In this document: positions 61,816-64,000 of the stretch, in pieces
Numbering within the stretch: the stretch's first letter is position 1
Layout: every line of letters begins with the position of its first letter
NCBI GenBank assembly: GCA_021613535.1
Contig: CP075495.1
Coordinates: 7,006,001 to 7,070,000, forward strand
Source of the DNA: Adineta vaga
Taxonomy: Eukaryota > Animalia > Rotifera
Direction of reading: 5' to 3'
Length of the DNA: 64,000 nucleotides
The notes under the pieces: model-generated
What the model was told of the DNA's origin: nothing
The model's input: only the letters and a program-made list of their open reading frames with translations
Database searches by the model: none
Made by a program: the position numbers and the translations under genes

Positions 61816-62834
61816 TCTCTTTGTTTAGATGAATAAGGCAATTTAAAAGCACCGAAATACACCAAGCACCATCATTCATTGCCGAATTGCCAGTTTTAAA
61901 GGCTGTTGAAAATGGCAAAGAAAAGATCTGTAAAAAAAAACAGAGAAAGAAAAGAAAATGTTCTTCTTTCAACACGTTGTGCACATGTTTTGATCATCAT
62001 TATTGTTAATGTTGTCAAGACACCCATATCAATCATAGATCAACAAGCGTTCAATTAACAATTTCATTCTACTCTGATCTTTATAGACTAAAAAAACTAT
62101 GGACGAGAAATGAGTACTTTTTTTCATCTAATTCTTTTGAGCCTTTTTCTTTAAAATTTTTGATAAATTGGAATGAAGAAGAAAACTGAGAAGTGGCGCC
62201 ACCCTAATTTCTATTTGCTTTTTGACTGTGAAATATTCTTAATAGACTAAGAGCATCAATGAAGAAAGAAATGTTACATTTTTTTTTCGTATATTTGATT
62301 ATGTCGAGAGTTCTACAGGATTCATTTATCCGTAAATCATCAAGAATGAAACATGCATAAAATAAATAGAAACACATTTGAAGATTGTCAAACAAAATGT
62401 TCAATGATGTAAACGTAACCAAGATTTAGATCAATAAGTGAAAAGATGTAATGTAAAAAAATCTATTCATGAAATTGAATCAATGATTGAAAAATGAAAA
62501 TTGCATGTAATATGCATCGGTATACTGACTATAAACGTCTAAATGCTAAGTTGTTTTACAATGGAAGATCATTGATAATAATTATCATTATTATGTGGTA
62601 ATCATCTAATTTAAAATATCATGTCAACTAACGATTTCGTTACACATTAATATGTGTTTTAAATTGAATTCTTCTTCGAAAACTTAGACTCATTCTCTCT
62701 TACTAATGATAGCTCCATCTGTGTAAAGTTCTTTTTGTTTCGTTCTATTTTCACCTATTGATATGAATTCTTCACAAAGATATCTATCTATCTTTTTTAC
62801 ATGTAAACATTTTGTGTAATTTTTTTCAACTGAC

Positions 62835-63835
62835 ATGCCAGATCATCGTTCCTATCAAGATCCATTCTATGGATGGAGTACACCAAAAGCAATATCTCTC
62901 TGTATTCAAACATTGAAAGAATGTAGTGCAGTACCATTTGAAGGAATTAAAAAATTAATATCTTGTAAATGAATTTTATTCTTTCGAAAAGATCAAACAT
63001 TGTGTTTTTAGTGAGCGAAGCACAAGTTTTGAATGAACAAACATCAACATCAGCGCTTGAAATTTTAATGAAAATTACTAAAAAATATTCGATTTCTGTC
63101 GATCAAGTTATGCTTATTTTCAATGGTTTTGTTCATGTTCTTCGATTAGCATTAAAACCACCTGCAGCATTTCTAAAACCAGATGTAAACTAAATTAAAC
63201 TTTTCACTGAATAGATTTCTTTATTATTATTATTATTATTTTAGATCTTCAAAGAAGATTTACGTGATATAAAGTATATCAATTCAATATATCTTTTTAC
63301 GTTTAATAAACATCTTTTTCTTCTAATTATAGATTTTCCGAACAAATTATTGAAGAATTTCATAATATTCTCTTTGGTACTAAGTATGTTGATATAAACT
63401 AAAGCAAATTTCTATTGATCGAATTATCTTTATCTAACTAGACGTGATCAATTGTATCTTGCCATTCAAGAACGTGATCGTCCGCGTCTTCCATTACTTC
63501 AAACATTTGATTGGAATCTTGATGTTACTCTAACAACCGCGTATATATCTTTATTTCTTAACTTTTCTTCATTATTTTTTATGTCTATTTTTTCAGATCA
63601 TTATCACGATCTATAGAACCATTACTTCTCTTTCAATTTCGTACAACTAATAATCGACATTTAACATTTGAAGTAAATAAAATTCACAAAAAATGTGTTC
63701 TGTTTTTCAAACTTATGATCGTTATTTTAGGTTCCAATTAAGAAATTTAATGAACTTCGTTATAATACAGCATTGCTTCTGAAAGAGATGGAAGAAGTTG
63801 ATGGGAAACAAGCATTGAAACTACTTGAAACATAG
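62835..63835 (+). CDS. COMMD5: COMM domain-containing protein 5
   Basis: LRLALKPPAAFLKPD, LFGTKR, FDWNLDVTLTTASLSRSIEP, FEVPIKKFNELRYNTALLLKEM. Confidence 0.88.
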
Positions 63836-64000
63836 AAAAACTCTTCACTATTATTCTTCTATTTATTTGTCACTTGAATTATTACATTCCAATCATTTCC
63901 TCTTTTTCCATGATTGTCGTGTGCTTTTCTCTTTCTCTCTCTTTTTTTCTCTGATGGAAAAACAAGGACGTACGAATGAGATGGAAATCAGTTGTTACAA

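Overview
AT-rich eukaryotic (animal) genomic DNA with very compact genes and mostly ~50-65 nt GT-AG introns. Composition, gene density and gene families point to a bdelloid rotifer such as Rotaria or Adineta (inference). About 18 loci are supported. Conserved genes: the 3' part of an L-type Ca2+ channel alpha1 (Cav1), a triple alpha-crystallin-domain small HSP, TIM23, a Src42A/FRK-like kinase, a monofunctional PAL, CFAP251/WDR66, ARL3, MAU2, PI4KA, a rhodopsin-class GPCR, TANGO6, TTLL4 and COMMD5. Accessory genes between 18 and 32 kb: an intronless bacterial-type GNAT acetyltransferase, a frameshifted R-S-E ADP-ribosyltransferase-TPR gene, a small paralog of it lacking the whole catalytic domain, an HFRGG-type cell-surface protein and an 85-aa disordered protein. 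The most notable observations are the ART-TPR gene with its ART-less mini-paralog, and a Src kinase with Phe at the inhibitory C-terminal Tyr position plus an alternative first exon that masks myristoylation. Also notable are unannotated in-frame cassette exons in Cav1 and PI4KA, and two alternative N-termini of TTLL4 with X-box-like motifs. No rRNA, tRNA, CRISPR array or recognisable transposase was seen. Homology calls come from motif recognition only, without database searches.
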